The notes beneath the pieces were generated by a model. The model made no database searches and was not told where the DNA came from. It worked only from the letters and a program-made list of their open reading frames with translations. Shown in pieces: positions 26,120 through 27,967 of a stretch of 27,967 bases of DNA. The position numbers and the translations under genes were made by a program. Origin of the DNA: an uncultured archaeon (lineage in GTDB: Archaea > Altiarchaeota > Altiarchaeia > IMC4 > SCGC-AAA252-I15); contig CABMCB010000063.1 in the NCBI GenBank assembly GCA_902384455.1, positions 1 to 27,967 on the forward strand, written 5' to 3'. The number at the start of each line of letters is the position of its first letter. Within the stretch, counting starts at the first letter, position 1.

Positions 26120-27525
26120 TTCCTATGAAACACGTTGTAGCTGCAAAAAGGAATAAGTCTCCCGTCGGAGGTCGCATAGTGCACTCCGCATTTCCTTACC
26201 CGGCTTAAGTCGAAGTTGTAGGGGTCCATAAAGTGCATGCAGCCGACGAACACTGCTTCTTTGAGGAAAACTTTCTTTAGCGGCTTGTACGAGCGCTTCA
26301 AAAGAGCCTCAACCAGCTGCTTTTTGAGTAGGGGGTGCTTGATTAGGGCGATTTGCTTAAGGAGCGTAAGCGATAAGACGGCCCTTCTTTTTGAGTCTTT
26401 TTTCTCGGATGCCTCAATGTAGTCTTCAAGCGTTTTTAATAGTTCTTGCGCGGGCAGCACCCTGTTTATGGGTTCGTATCCGTTGGGTGTGGAAAGAAGG
26501 TACGTCCCCATTCCGCAGCAGGGGTGGAACGTCATATCCGGCTTAGGCTTCTTGTTGACGTGGCTCATGAAACTGTAGACGACGCCCATCAAGTTGAGGG
26601 GAAGAAAGTCCTCTTTTTTTATCTTCCCATTAGTCTGCTTTTCAGTAAGAGAAATGAAGTCGTAAGTTGTTATGCGCTCTCCCATCTTAGCGCGGCCTGT
26701 GTATGAGACCGGCTGCACGACTATTCCTCTTACTACGTCTTTGTTTTCCATTGCGAAGCGTATTATGCTTCCTACCGCGTGGTCGTTCACGCCTTTGGCA
26801 AAAGTCACAACGAGAACTATGTGTCGGAATCCTTCGCGGCGGCAGTTTTCTATCTCCCTGATTTTTTCTTTCAAAAGAGGTTTCCCGCGAAGTTTCACGT
26901 AAATCCCGTCTTCGAGTCCGTCGAATTGCAGGTAGAGGACATTCATTCCTGCGTTCCAGAGTTTTTTGGCGTATCCAGGTTCGTTTGCGATGCGCAGGCC
27001 GTTTGTGCTTACTATTACTTGTTGGAATCCTTTTGTTTTTGCGAGTTTCACCAGTTGGGGCAGGTCGTCTCTTGTTGAGGGTTCTCCTCCGCTGTATTGT
27101 ATTGCAAGCGTTGGAGTTGGTTTGGTGTTGCGGAGTGCGTCGAGGGCTTTTTCTATTTCTTCTTTAGTCGGGTCTTTCTTTTCGTGTTCTCCTGCTTTGG
27201 CGAAGCAGATGGGGCATCTGAGGTTGCAGCGGTCTGTCACGTCGACGACTCCAAGGACGGTCTGCGTCTCATGTTCGTTGCATAGGCCGCAGTCTGTTGG
27301 GCATCCTTTGTCGCGTTTTGTTTTTGGGTTTGCGGGTGGGGTGCCTTTTTTGCTGTATTGTATTATCCTCTTATAGTGGTTGGTGTCGCCCCAGTATTCG
27401 TCTTTGAATTGTCCGTGTTGGGGGCAGTTTTTTTGTAGGATTATTTTGCCGTTTATGTCGGCTATTTGTGCGTCTACTACTTTCAGGCATGTTGGGCAGA
27501 TGCTTTTGGTTTCTGAGAGAATCAC
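26116..27525 (-). CDS. tes: Radical SAM protein of the tetraether synthase (Tes / GDGT-MAS, MJ0619) family
   Basis: CPTC...CPQHG rubredoxin-like site, CPTDCGLCNEH auxiliary cluster, CNLRCPIC radical SAM motif, GGEP, TNG, YLQFDG, HPCCG and CMHFMD.YNFD..RV.KC.VHY...IPFC.YN. Confidence 0.85.
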   Translation of the reverse strand: MILSETKSICPTCLKVVDAQIADINGKIILQKNCPQHGQFKDEYWGDTNHYKRIIQYSKKGTPPANPKTKRDKGCPTDCGLCNEHETQTVLGVVDVTDRCNLRCPICFAKAGEHEKKDPTKEEIEKALDALRNTKPTPTLAIQYSGGEPSTRDDLPQLVKLAKTKGFQQVIVSTNGLRIANEPGYAKKLWNAGMNVLYLQFDGLEDGIYVKLRGKPLLKEKIREIENCRREGFRHIVLVVTFAKGVNDHAVGSIIRFAMENKDVVRGIVVQPVSYTGRAKMGERITTYDFISLTEKQTNGKIKKEDFLPLNLMGVVYSFMSHVNKKPKPDMTFHPCCGMGTYLLSTPNGYEPINRVLPAQELLKTLEDYIEASEKKDSKRRAVLSLTLLKQIALIKHPLLKKQLVEALLKRSYKPLKKVFLKEAVFVGCMHFMDPYNFDLSRVRKCGVHYATSDGRLIPFCSYNVFHRK

Positions 27526-27549
27526 AGTTTATTTCCTGTGCGCGGCGGC

Positions 27550-27559
27550 TTTAAAGGGG
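27550..27559 (-). promoter_or_regulatory. Putative TATA box (CCCCTTTAAA) of the tes-GT2 operon
   Basis: Lies about 25 nt upstream of the GTG at 27525. Confidence 0.5.
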
Positions 27560-27564
27560 TTGGT

Positions 27565-27967
27565 TTAGAACGTCTTGAAGAACTTCATCTCAGTTAGGGG
27601 TTTGTCTTCGCAGTATTTGTCGGGGTCTGTGCTGCAGCAGTCTTTTCTGAGGCAGACATCTTTGTAAAGTCTGTCGTTGTCTATGCATTCGCCTTGAATG
27701 CATGTGTCGAACGGTCCGCAGTAGTCTATCTGCTCTTGGGTTTTTTCTTTGACGCAGTGTGATTTGGCGGTGCCGGGTCTTTCGCATCGAAATTTCACGT
27801 GGTCAACGTAAGGCTGGTTGTCTGTGTCGCAGTACGGGTCGCTTCTGTGGTTTAGTCCGCAGTCGCTGTCTTTTTGGCAGTTTATTGGACATGGGTTGCA
27901 GTTTGGTCCTCCGCAGTCTGTTTGTGTTTCTCCTTGGTTTTGTATTCCGTCTGAGCAGGTTGGGCAT
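27565..27967 (-). CDS. Cys-rich, probably extracellular protein (5'-truncated by window edge)
   Basis: Frame is open from 27966: CPTCSDGIQNQGETQTDCGGPNCNPCPINCQKDSDCG...YC...C...C, continuing into the 77-aa track ORF. Confidence 0.8.
   Translation of the reverse strand, partial: CPTCSDGIQNQGETQTDCGGPNCNPCPINCQKDSDCGLNHRSDPYCDTDNQPYVDHVKFRCERPGTAKSHCVKEKTQEQIDYCGPFDTCIQGECIDNDRLYKDVCLRKDCCSTDPDKYCEDKPLTEMKFFKTF

Overview
Archaeal genomic window, judged from TATA-type promoters about 20-30 nt before start codons, NucS, a tetraether-synthase-like radical SAM gene and a split transketolase. A DPANN/Altiarchaeota-like origin is only a guess from gene content and the Cys-rich repeat protein. Bases 1-18231 are a long + strand surface-glycan cluster: ugd, galU, uxs, galE-like, gmhA, gmd, rmd-like, UDP-glucuronate epimerase, GT2, GT4, CapK/PaaK-like ligase, CapA-like metallophosphoesterase, LbH acyltransferase and a flippase-like protein. 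Inserted in it, with mostly overlapping stop/start codons, is a non-oxidative pentose phosphate block (rpe, tktN, tktC, tal) with both C7 exits: aroF+aroB (DAHP to 3-dehydroquinate) and gmhA (sedoheptulose-7P to heptose). Bases 18235-22713 hold two GT-C glycosyltransferases, each head-to-head with a small membrane protein. The right end holds an AAA_14/DUF4143 ATPase preceded by repeated palindromes, nucS, a degenerate CDP-alcohol phosphotransferase, a Tes/GDGT-MAS-like gene coupled to a GT2, and a partial Cys-rich protein. I saw no rRNA, tRNA, CRISPR array or IS element. All calls come from motif recognition by eye; no database search was run.
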